Positions 52,424 to 63,959 of a stretch of DNA of 64,000 nucleotides are shown here, one piece after another. The stretch comes from Octopus bimaculoides (taxonomy: Eukaryota), in assembly GCF_001194135.2 (NCBI RefSeq), contig NC_068995.1:44098669-44162668 (forward strand). The letters run 5' to 3'. How positions within the stretch are numbered: the first letter of the stretch is position 1; each line of letters opens with the position of its first letter. The notes below the pieces were generated by a model that made no database searches, was not told the origin of the DNA, and saw nothing but the letters and a program-made list of their open reading frames with translations. Both the position numbers and the translations under genes were made by a program.

Positions 52424-52482
<59 letters not shown>

Positions 52483-53308
52483 NNNNNNNNNNNNNNNNNN
52501 NNNNNNNNNNNNNNNNNNNNNNNNNNNNNNNNNNNNNNNNNNNNNNNNNNNNNNNNNNNNNNNNNNNNNNNNNNNNNNNNNNNNNNNNNNNNNNNNNNNN
52601 NNNNNNNNNNNNNNNNNNNNNNNNNNNNNNNNNNNNNNNNNNNNNNNNNNNNNNNNNNNNNNNNNNNNNNNNNNNNNNNNNNNNNNNNNNNNNNNNNNNN
52701 NNNNNNNNNNNNNNNNNNNNNNNNNNNNNNNNNNNNNNNNNNNNNNNNNNNNNNNNNNNNNNNNNNNNNNNNNNNNNNNNNNNNNNNNNNNNNNNNNNNN
52801 NNNNNNNNNNNNNNNNNNNNNNNNNNNNNNNNNNNNNNNNNNNNNNNNNNNNNNNNNNNNNNNNNNNNNNNNNNNNNNNNNNNNNNNNNNNNNNNNNNNN
52901 NNNNNNNNNNNNNNNNNNNNNNNNNNNNNNNNNNNNNNNNNNNNNNNNNNNNNNNNNNNNNNNNNNNNNNNNNNNNNNNNNNNNNNNNNNNNNNNNNNNN
53001 NNNNNNNNNNNNNNNNNNNNNNNNNNNNNNNNNNNNNNNNNNNNNNNNNNNNNNNNNNNNNNNNNNNNNNNNNNNNNNNNNNNNNNNNNNNNNNNNNNNN
53101 NNNNNNNNNNNNNNNNNNNNNNNNNNNNNNNNNNNNNNNNNNNNNNNNNNNNNNNNNNNNNNNNNNNNNNNNNNNNNNNNNNNNNNNNNNNNNNNNNNNN
53201 NNNNNNNNNNNNNNNNNNNNNNNNNNNNNNNNNNNNNNNNNNNNNNNNNNNNNNNNNNNNNNNNNNNNNNNNNNNNNNNNNNNNNNNNNNNNNNNNNNNN
53301 NNNNNNNN

Positions 53309-53352
<44 letters not shown>

Positions 53353-53649
53353 GCTGGTTATGACAGGTCAGAAAGTTACCATTGTTTTCGCGCCTATTAT
53401 GCTCTAACCAGACCTGACAGGAGGTACAGAACCTCTCTACTAATGGAGGTAGAAATACAGTCTTGGTCCTCTGTGTGTGCGTGCGTGTGTGAGTGTGCGT
53501 GTGTGCGTCTGTGTCTCTGTGTGTGAGAGTGTGTGTCAGTGAGTGAGTGTGTGTGTCTGTGTGTATCGTATGCATTAAGAAATCCAAATATACCACGTGG
53601 GCCTAATTACTCACCTCAAATGCGCGCATACATTCATTCATTCACTGTT

Positions 53650-53950
53650 ACTCCGTGAGTTACACTGACGAGGGTTCCAGTTGATTCAATCAGCGGAACA
53701 GCCTGCTCGTGATATTAACGTGCAAGGGGCTGAGCACTCCACAGACACGTGTACTCTTAACGTGGTTCTGAGGAAAATTCAGCGTGACACAGAGTGTGAC
53801 AAGATTGGCCCTTTTGAAATACAGGTACTACTCATTTTACCAGCTGAGTGGACTGGTGTACTGTGAAGCAAAATGTCTCGCTCAAGGATACAACGCATCG
53901 CCGAGAATTGAACGCACGGCCTTACTCTAACCACTAAGCCAGGTGCCTTC
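53650..53950 (-). mobile_element. tRNA-derived SINE with CORE-like segment (family D)
   Basis: Minus strand: tggcttagtggttagag (A-box), cgttcaattctc (B-box), tatccttgagcgagaca (CORE-like), then a conserved body. Confidence 0.75.
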
Positions 53951-54098
53951 ACTACGCACATACTTACAGACACACTGGCAGTCACACTATATTCCCTTAA
54001 ACGTATAGACATTCCTACAACCTACCATCCTTTCGTACAGTCCACATCATAACACACCACACATATATCCTTCTTTTACCACACATATTCTACACGTT

Positions 54099-54320
54099 TA
54101 CGAGGCGGTGGGTGCTGAAAAGTTCCTGACTTTGGTTAATAGAAAATACACGAGGTTCAGTTAGGATCTTATCCAGCATATTCTCCTCTCAGATTGACAC
54201 GCTTATTGCAGCGGTTCTTCAGCTTTTCTAAGCCCTGCAAAAGAAGTCGAAAAGTTGGGCCTCCAACCAGGCCTTTCGTGATACCCTTAAAACCAGGAAC
54301 TTTTTCAGCACCGCCTCGTA
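54099..54320. mobile_element. Mariner-type MITE
   Basis: TA-cgaggcggtg(ggtg)ctgaaaagttcctg ... caggaactttttcagcaccgcctcg-TA: TIRs with a TA target duplication. Confidence 0.88.
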
Positions 54321-54712
54321 TACTACCATATGATTTATTACGACAACAAATGTACGTGTATACTTAACACGGGTATACTTAATACTTGGGGTTAGTGATC
54401 CCCGCTCTTAGCGGTTAAGACCGAGCTTAGTGGTTAAGAGCGGGGGTCACTAAGTATTATTGTTACACACCTAAGTAGACGAATTTCAGATTACTTGATG
54501 TAATAGGTACTATTTAAACTCTACACAAATGAAAATCTTGCATATTTAGCTACACTCCTATATATACACATATACAATCCAATACACAAACAATAGTACG
54601 GGGGGGTTCCCCACAATCGTCCACATCCTCTCACGCTATATGTGACCCTGCTTTTTTCTCTCCAACTTTATTCTTTGCATCTTGCCCCTCTCTGTTTTTC
54701 GCTCTTCTCTCA

Positions 54713-54758
<46 letters not shown>

Positions 54759-55553
54759 CATCTTGCCTTTTCTCTTTCCCTCTCACCCCCATCACTCTTT
54801 CCCCACTTAATCTCATTCTAACCCATCTTATATCTTTACTTTTGGTCCACTCTGTACCACTCCCTATCTTTTTATTCTGCTTCAGTCCTGACATATCAAC
54901 AGACGTCTTCATCCAGTTTTATTTTTCCTTCTTTTTTTNNNNNNNNNNNNNNNNNNNNNNNNNNNNNNNNNNNNNNNNNNNNNNNNNNNNNNNNNNNNNN
55001 NNNNNNNNNNNNNNNNNNNNNNNNNNNNNNNNNNNNNNNNNNNNNNNNNNNNNNNNNNNNNNNNNNNNNNNNNNNNNNNNNNNNNNNNNNNNNNNNNNNN
55101 NNNNNNNNNNNNNNNNNNNNNNNNNNNNNNNNNNNNNNNNNNNNNNNNNNNNNNNNNNNNNNNNNNNNNNNNNNNNNNNNNNNNNNNNNNNNNNNNNNNN
55201 NNNNNNNNNNNNNNNNNNNNNNNNNNNNNNNNNNNNNNNNNNNNNNNNNNNNNNNNNNNNNNNNNNNNNNNNNNNNNNNNNNNNNNNNNNNNNNNNNNNN
55301 NNNNNNNNNNNNNNNNNNNNNNNNNNNNNNNNNNNNNNNNNNNNNNNNNNNNNNNNNNNNNNNNNNNNNNNNNNNNNNNNNNNNNNNNNNNNNNNNNNNN
55401 NNNNNNNNNNNNNNNNNNNNNNNNNNNNNNNNNNNNNNNNNNNNNNNNNNNNNNNNNNNNNNNNNNNNNNNNNNNNNNNNNNNNNNNNNNNNNNNNNNNN
55501 NNNNNNNNNNNNNNNNNNNNNNNNNNNNNNNNNNNNNNNNNNNNNNNNNNNNN

Positions 55554-55587
<34 letters not shown>

Positions 55588-55640
55588 TATGTGGGTACAG
55601 GAGTCACAGAATGTAAACAACAAAAAATACGAAAATATGG

Positions 55641-55899
55641 AATACGAAATACGAATACATGGAATATGAACTTTTTTGCGAACAACGAAAGAAACAAATG
55701 GAAAACAAGACACGCAACGTAAAGAACAACCCTTCATCAGTTGTCGGCTGTTTTTATAATCCGTATTTCGAGCATGGATTATAAAAACAGCCGACAACCG
55801 ATGAAGGGTCGTTCTTTATGTTGCGTGCCTTGTTTTCCATTTCTTTCCTTCGTTGTTTGCAAAAAAAGTTCATATTCAATGTATTCGTATATTCGTATA
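55641..55899. repeat. Fold-back element: about 122-bp arms, 13-nt loop
   Basis: Inner 23 bp pair perfectly (gttgtcggctgtttttataatcc / ggattataaaaacagccgacaac); the arms pair with mismatches out to 55641 and 55899. Confidence 0.92.
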
Positions 55900-55926
55900 T
55901 TGTAAAAGGTGTATGATTTTAATATT

Positions 55927-56366
55927 GGTTTCAAATATTGGCACAAGGCCAGCAATTCCGGGATGGGGGCTAATAAGTTGATTCAACTGGTACTTATTTC
56001 ATTTACACCGAAAATTTGAAGGGCAAAGTTGACTTCAGCGGAATTTGAACTCAGAACGTAAGAACGGATAAAACGCATCTAAACGTTTTGTCCGGTGTGC
56101 TACTGATTCTGCCAGCTCGCCGCCTTATGGATGATTTTAATATTATCGCGAAATACTGAGGCGGTGAGCTGGCAGCATTGTTAGCACGCCGGGCGAAATG
56201 CTTTGCGACATTTTGTCCGTCTTTACGTTCTGAGTTCGAATTCCGCCGAGGTCAACTTTGCCTTTCATCTTTCGGGGTCGATAAAGTAAGTACCAGTTTA
56301 AGACTAGGGTCGCTGTAATCGACTTCTCTCCCCCGAAATTGCTGGCATGTGCCAAAATTTGAAGCC
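55927..56366. mobile_element. Head-to-head pair of SINE family B copies (- then +)
   Basis: Minus copy 55927-56127 and plus copy 56160-56366, each with its own TSD. Confidence 0.88.
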
Positions 56367-56784
56367 AATATCATCGCGAAATATTGAGGAATTGATAGGA
56401 ATTACATTATTCTAAAAGATAAATTTTAAATCGAGGAAGTGCTTCGGTTGATATTTGTTAGTGTAATTATATCTGTATAGCTATTAATGCTTCGTGGGTG
56501 AAGAAAAATAGTTATATAACAGGCGAAAATTAGAATTCATGCAGAAATACTGAAAGGGTGTTATATTAGAAATTATATATTGTATTTTCGAGTATAAAGT
56601 AAGAAAATAATAATGTTAATTAGATTTTAATACAATTATAAAATTGTAATTTAATGTAAGTTATCGTAATGTTTATTTAATAGTACGATGAGTTCATAGA
56701 AGTATTATTTCATGTAATCTAATTAAATGAGTGTTCTCTCAGTTTATATTAGTATATGAAGAGAAAAAGACAAAAGATGATTAG

Positions 56785-56950
56785 ACGCAGACGTGGCTGT
56801 TTGGTAAGAAGTTTGAGTCCAAAACACAAGGTTCCGGGTTCAGTCCCACTGCGTGGTACCTTGGGCAAGTGTCTTCTACTATAACTTCGGCTCGACCAAA
56901 GCCTTGCGAGTGGATTTCGTAGATGGAAACTGAAAGAAGCCCATCGTATA
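56785..56950 (+). mobile_element. SINE family A, 5' half
   Basis: gtggctgtttggtaagaag...ggttccgggttcagtcccactgcgtggtaccttgggcaagtgtc. Confidence 0.85.
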
Positions 56951-57276
56951 TATATGAGTGGTGGTGGGGGGCTGTGTGGTAAGAAGCTATATATATATGT
57001 ATGTACGTATTATGTATGTATGTATGTATGTATAATTGTTATTCATATGAAGAGTCACAAAAGGAAATTCTAGTAATTATTTTTTTAGGTTATAATACAA
57101 GTATAAGCATGTGTGCACTTGCATCTGAGGATATATATGTTCATTTATATATATTTCTTTATTACCCACAGATGGGACAAACAAAGACAGACAAAGGGAT
57201 TAAGTCGATTACATCAACCCCAGTGCATGACTGGTACTTAATTAATCGACCCCTATGTACATTTATATATTCTCTC

Positions 57277-57372
<96 letters not shown>

Positions 57373-57494
57373 CCGTCAAAAGCTTGTTTATGTTTATGTT
57401 TTTTTATTTATTATTAGTGTTGCTTAATATGTTTTGCTAAAATTGTTATTTTTGTTTCAGATATCATCAGAAAAGTTAATTGAAATTCATTAAA

Positions 57495-58410
57495 CTGACA
57501 GATCTATCGGACTTTCAAGGAGGTCAAATTGTTGGTGCTCGTATGGCAGGCGCAAGAATAACGAAAACAGCCGAAATGTTTGGTGTATTAAGAAGTACTG
57601 TCTAGAAAGAAATGACAGCCTTTGAGAAAGAGGGGTAAAACCTCCTCGTCGAAACAAAACTCCGGAAGAAAACCAAAACTTTCAGATAGCGACCGTCGGA
57701 CTCTTACGCGAATTATTAGAAACGATCACAAAATTACTGCAGAGCTTAATGACCATCTCGAGAACCCAATTTCCGCAAAAGCTGTTCACCGGGAGCCGCA
57801 CAAAGCCGGATTTCATGGGAACGCTGCAATTATAAAACCACTACTTTCAAAAACAAACCCTGCAAACCGTTTAGAGTGGCGTAAAAACTTACAGAATTGG
57901 TCCCTAGAGCAGTAGAAGAATGTTATTTTCTCGGACGAGTCATCTTTTACCTTATTTCCACCGGCCGAGTATATATGTGTGGAGACAGCCAAAAGAAGCA
58001 TTTGACCCAGACTGCCTTCTTCCAACTGTTAAACATGAAGGAGGATCTGTAATGAACTGGGGGTGGGGGTTATATCTTGGAAATCCACCGGTTCAATGGT
58101 TTCCCTTCATAGCAGAATTTATAATCAAGACTATTTAAGCATTTTATCTGATCAAATTCATCCTATATTTGCGGAACTGTTTCCGGATGGAAACGCAATC
58201 TTTCAGGAGGATAATGCACCAATTCACACAGCTAAAGTTGTAACTGAATGGTACGAGGAACATTCTAGTGAAGCTCAACATCTTATCTGGCCACCACGTT
58301 CCCCAGATCTCAATATTATTGAACATTTATGGTGCATTTTAGAAAGGCAAGTAAGGAGTCGATATCCTCCACCATCATCACTACAAGAACTGGAGACTGT
58401 TTTAGCTGTG
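57495..58410 (+). mobile_element. Tc1-like transposase pseudogene with DD36E triad, 3'-truncated
   Basis: TDLSDFQGGQIVG, GRKPKLSD, VIFSDESSF, VKHEGGSVM, FQEDNAPIH, WPPRSPDLNIIEHLW. There are 36 residues between the second D and the E; stops near 57602 and 57913 plus frameshifts. Confidence 0.93.
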
Positions 58411-58510
58411 TTCCTTTCTGTCGAAGAGCGTAGACTCGAAACATAAAAGACTTTCTCACTTCCCGAGCGTTAAACTAATACATCTGTTTGTTGTTTACAC
58501 ACTCGTCTTC
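58409..58510 (+). ncRNA. Short repeat carrying the U6-variant hammerhead-like motif (58414-58449)
   Basis: cttt-CTGTCGA-a-GAGC gtag ACTC-GAAAC-ATA-aaag, followed by actttc...cccgagcgttaaactaatac, which is shared with the copies near 9850, 10460 and 23720. Confidence 0.55.
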
Positions 58511-59097
58511 NNNNNNNNNNNNNNNNNNNNNNNNNNNNNNNNNNNNNNNNNNNNNNNNNNNNNNNNNNNNNNNNNNNNNNNNNNNNNNNNNNNNNNNNNN
58601 NNNNNNNNNNNNNNNNNNNNNNNNNNNNNNNNNNNNNNNNNNNNNNNNNNNNNNNNNNNNNNNNNNNNNNNNNNNNNNNNNNNNNNNNNNNNNNNNNNNN
58701 NNNNNNNNNNNNNNNNNNNNNNNNNNNNNNNNNNNNNNNNNNNNNNNNNNNNNNNNNNNNNNNNNNNNNNNNNNNNNNNNNNNNNNNNNNNNNNNNNNNN
58801 NNNNNNNNNNNNNNNNNNNNNNNNNNNNNNNNNNNNNNNNNNNNNNNNNNNNNNNNNNNNNNNNNNNNNNNNNNNNNNNNNNNNNNNNNNNNNNNNNNNN
58901 NNNNNNNNNNNNNNNNNNNNNNNNNNNNNNNNNNNNNNNNNNNNNNNNNNNNNNNNNNNNNNNNNNNNNNNNNNNNNNNNNNNNNNNNNNNNATGTATGT
59001 GTGCGTGTGTGTGTGCGTGTGTATAGATAGATATATCTACATGTATATATATATATAAATGTAATGAGTTGACACATATACATCTTTGTTACACATT

Positions 59098-59165
<68 letters not shown>

Positions 59166-60099
59166 CGTATGCTTGTATGTATGTATGTATGTATATATAC
59201 ACGCATATACACACATATTTCGCCAACGGCATTGCAAGGTTAATAACCTGGTTGAGAACTCAACATATGTATGCTTCAGAAAGTGTTAGCTTGAGGATAG
59301 AACGCTATTAAGAAAGAGACATGACAAAAGAATAAATTATTATCTTATGTACTTTATTAGCTTACATCTGTTTCTGCTACAAGATGCAGTGGACTCATGG
59401 TTCAGAGCCTGAATAATACCTTGTATTTCCATCAGAGATTCGAATATGAAGTGCAATTTATTTGGAAAAGAATTGCATTTGCACCCATATAGGGAACGGC
59501 ATCAAAAACGTGAAAGTCAATACTGGTGTATATAAGAAACATCTGTAAGCTANNNNNNNNNNAACTAATACATCTGTTTGTTGTTTACACACTCGTCTTC
59601 GTCTTTTTTTTTGTAAATTCTCACTATGTATATATGTATGTGTATGTGTGTGTGTGCATGTATATACATACATATATATACATACATACATACATACATA
59701 CATACATACATACATACATACATACAGACAGACAGACAGACAGACAGACATACATACATACATACATATATCATTTCAGCAAACTTTATGAGCTCGAAAT
59801 TTCAATGAATGTAATTCTTGTAAACTCCCCTCCACACACAGACAATGTATTCGAATCATAACAATGTGATAAAACTCGATATTATGACAACCAAAAACCT
59901 CCTGTAGATAAGACATCATGTAGATCTTGCTGGTGTCACTGAATAATATAACTTCCTATGTAACGAAATTGCTTTGTTCGATTTCATAGAAGTTTGATGA
60001 ACACTCGCACGCACACACAAATACACATATACTCAAACACACACATACACACACATGCACAATCATCTACAGAGATGTATGTTTCATTGTGTTCTCTCT

Positions 60100-60132
<33 letters not shown>

Positions 60133-61076
60133 NNNNNNNNNNNNNNNNNNNNNNNNNNNNNNNNNNNNNNNNNNNNNNNNNNNNNNNNNNNNNNNNNNNN
60201 NNNNNNNNNNNNNNNNNNNNNNNNNNNNNNNNNNNNNNNNNNNNNNNNNNNNNNNNNNNNNNNNNNNNNNNNNNNNNNNNNNNNNNNNNNNNNNNNNNNN
60301 NNNNNNNNNNNNNNNNNNNNNNNNNNNNNNNNNNNNNNNNNNNNNNNNNNNNNNNNNNNNNNNNNNNNNNNNNNNNNNNNNNNNNNNNNNNNNNNNNNNN
60401 NNNNNNNNNNNNNNNNNNNNNNNNNNNNNNNNNNNNNNNNNNNNNNNNNNNNNNNNNNNNNNNNNNNNNNNNNNNNNNNNNNNNNNNNNNNNNNNNNNNN
60501 NNNNNNNNNNNNNNNNNNNNNNNNNNNNNNNNNNNNNNNNNNNNNNNNNNNNNNNNNNNNNNNNNNNNNNNNNNNNNNNNNNNNNNNNNNNNNNNNNNNN
60601 NNNNNNNNNNNNNNNNNNNNNNNNNNNNNNNNNNNNNNNNNNNNNNNNNNNNNNNNNNNNNNNNNNNNNNNNNNNNNNNNNNNNNNNNNNNNNNNNNNNN
60701 NNNNNNNNNNNNNNNNNNNNNNNNNNNNNNNNNNNNNNNNNNNNNNNNNNNNNNNNNNNNNNNNNNNNNNNNNNNNNNNNNNNNNNNNNNNNNNNNNNNN
60801 NNNNNNNNNNNNNNNNNNNNNNNNNNNNNNNNNNNNNNNNNNNNNNNNNNNNNNNNNNNNNNNNNNNNNNNNNNNNNNNNNNNNNNNNNNNNNNNNNNNN
60901 NNNNNNNNNNNNNNNNNNNNNNNNNNNNNNNNNNNNNNNNNNNNNNNNNNNNNNNNNNNNNNNNNNNNNNNNNNNNNNNNNNNNNNNNNNNNNNNNNNNN
61001 NNNNNNNNNNNNNNNNNNNNNNNNNNNNNNNNNNNTATATATACGTATGTATGTATATGCGCACACATATATATGC

Positions 61077-61118
<42 letters not shown>

Positions 61119-61857
61119 TATATGTATATACATACACATACGTGCGTGTGCATGTGAGTATTAGTGTGTGTGCGTGCGCGCCTGATAATAACAATAATAA
61201 TTCGAAGATGGAATTTCGCAGGATATGTTTCTACATCGCTATTTTGCATTTTTTTTTATATTTGTATAAAATTATTTAAGATTACTCTCAATAATTATTT
61301 CAATACTTTTTTAGCTCCATTGTTAGTGTTGATGCTTCTTCAGGTTGGGCACTATTAGAACGCAACCTGTCTATGGTGTGCAGTGTAGAAACATATGTAG
61401 CAATGCATATGAAAGCCTATGAATTTCCATCCCCGTGCTATCATTGTTATTAATATATTAATCCTAAGTAGAAAGGAGTCCCACATATATACCCATATCA
61501 TTGGATTACCCAGAAGATGGAATTAATACGTGATAGCTGACAAGAAGCATAAGATCTTTTAAACGCAAGTTTTGAGACTTTTGTTCAAACTAGCCAAACT
61601 GATATATATGTATATATAACTATTTCTATAAGGCTGCGCTCTCCGTATTATATCCTATTTAAGGCTAAATCCAGTCCCGCTTTCTTTCAGTTCCCAAATC
61701 TTGCTAGATAAGGACGTACTATTAGCTTTATGTTTGAGTCTAAAATATGAAAATGGTTATTGATACGTTTTTTCATATTTATCGAACATCCTATATATAT
61801 AACGTTACCAGCCTCAGTTACGATTGTACATTTATAAATTACGTTTTGGATTAAACA

Positions 61858-61939
61858 TCAACCTAATAACGGACGGTGTGAGTTAACTCTACAATTGCAA
61901 CCGGGAGCATTACCACTATCAATATTATTGATATTCCTA

Positions 61940-61986
<47 letters not shown>

Positions 61987-62220
61987 GTTATTATTATTAC
62001 CACTACTACTACTACTACTACTACTATAATCAGTGTTATGATTATTATTATTATTGCTGTTATTATTTCTACTTCCTTCAACAATAGTATCATTTAAATT
62101 CATCTCAGCATCAGCAGATATTGTGTCAGTAATCCCTGTGCTAGTATAAACTTCGGAGTCACAGTCTATATTGTACATATTAGATGTGTTAATATTGTTG
62201 CGCCTATACAAGACGCCTTC
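61858..62220 (-). CDS. Candidate exon encoding an Asn/Ser-rich low-complexity segment (unknown protein)
   Basis: 117-aa ORF whose non-repetitive flanks (NIDCDSEVYTSTGITDTISADAEMNLNDTIVEGSR; DSGNAPGCNCRVNSHRP) stay open around the poly-N and poly-S tracts. Possible acceptor tttattttgag at 62220 and possible donor gtg|gtaatg. No recognisable domain. Confidence 0.35.
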
Positions 62221-63926
62221 TCAAAATAAAACTGCAGTGTTGTGGCTTTCTGTTAGTATATCCAGTTAAGTAAACTATACAGATTACTTTTCAAGTATCA
62301 GGCTTGATAAAAAATAAATACTAGGGATCGATTCGTTCGAACAAAAACTCTTCAAGGTGGTGTCCCAGCATGACTGAAACAAGTAAAATATAAAAGATTA
62401 TCTGTATATTTGCAACTCTGAGTGTGTATGCTTGTGTAAACATAATCATGTAGTTTTGAAGCGTTTGTAGTGGGGTATGATATGTTTTGCCTGTAGCAAG
62501 TGTTCGTTACAAACTCCATGGAAAAAGGCTAAATTTATTAAAAATAGAATCATTTATACTGCTTAGAGATGTGTTGTTACAACAATAGGATTAACTTAAG
62601 TCTTTATTTTTAATGGAGTTTTGCTATTATAATGACTCTGAGCTAGTTTGTAGTTTCTTGAAAGTTGTTAGAAACATATGAGATTATAGCATTAACTGTA
62701 TAGAAAAGTACTAGGAACGAGGTGATAAGATAAACAATAGAAAGAACTTCAGATTTATAAAGCTATTTAGTATAAGAGTTTCTGTCATTTCAATCAGTAC
62801 AATAGAAGAAGAGCATCGTATAAAATAAGAGGTGTGAATTTAGTTTAAGAAAAGTATTATAAAATAGAATAAAGAATTATTTATTCTCCCAAGACGTAAA
62901 TTTTGAGAGATTATGTAAAATAACATAGCAGATAAATGGTTTCAAATTGACGGATGTTTTAAATGTTCTGTTTGGGGAGGAGTTAAGCTTTTCAGAATGG
63001 AATTTCGAAGCTCTCTCCTTATACATAGTTCGAACGCTGTCTTATTGCTTGCATGAGACTTAGCAGAGGCACGAGACTACCTTTTAAGGTTGTAATTATT
63101 GGGATTTTTTGTTGTTCTTGCTCTTTTTTTTTTTTTTCCATTTGTCGATTCCATATGAAATTTCAGTTACTAGTCATTATATGTATTCTGATCACGAAAG
63201 ATGTGAACTTGCTGCTTGCATCTATAAAGAGGTTTACAGAGGGACATTGTATGACAGATATGATTACTGAGTCACCTGATATAAACTATTTTAATCCTTA
63301 TATATACGGCCTTTTGGAAAAGTTGTTGGATTAAAACTTGGCAAGTAAGGCTGATGGAGTTAATGACGGGTGAGTTTAGTTTAAATTAGGTTAAATTAGT
63401 TAAATTTTGCACAAAATTTCGTGTGATAGAATACGTTATATGTATGTAATATTGGGCAAACAGATTATAGTCGTGATATTATGTGGGTAACTGTAAACTC
63501 AAGAGAGTAAAATATACTTTTGTAATCACTGTAATTGCAGTTCAGTTAAACGGCTAATTAAACAATGTTACATATTATTTTATTCTAGTTATTCTTTTGT
63601 TATTTTCTATAAATTGTAATTCTTCCAGAAATCCACTGTGGATGAAAGAACCACGGTAGTAATTAGATGAGACATTAAAACATTCATTCTAGATTAGTAG
63701 GAAGACTAGTAAGATCTAATTTAGTAATTTTCACTAAAATATTAATTACATCTTTCAGGCGGTATTTGTGTGTGTAGTGTAGAGGTTCTCTAAAATGACT
63801 AACTCATAAACTTTGACCTACACGAAGACAGATATTCATTGATTATATTAGTCTTACTTATTAGTTTGAAGATTCACACAAGGAAGCTCAAATATATTCA
63901 AATTTATTCAGTTATACAGTTTGCAG

Positions 63927-63959
<33 letters not shown>

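Larger units (their letters stand above)
625..61036. other. 22 assembly gaps (N runs, about 9 kb total) scattered through the window
   Basis: N runs at e.g. 625-1576, 10644-11510, 25708-26599, 52483-53308 and 60133-61036, most bordered by (TA)n or (CA)n tracts. Confidence 0.95.

Noticed and set aside
24005-56950. tRNA genes
   Set aside because: The A/B-box-containing heads belong to SINEs, do not fold into full cloverleaves and continue into SINE bodies.
622-61279. Long ORFs (150-420 aa) spanning N runs
   Set aside because: They consist of X residues plus YI/HT/CV dipeptides from (TA)n and (CA)n tracts; these are gap artefacts.
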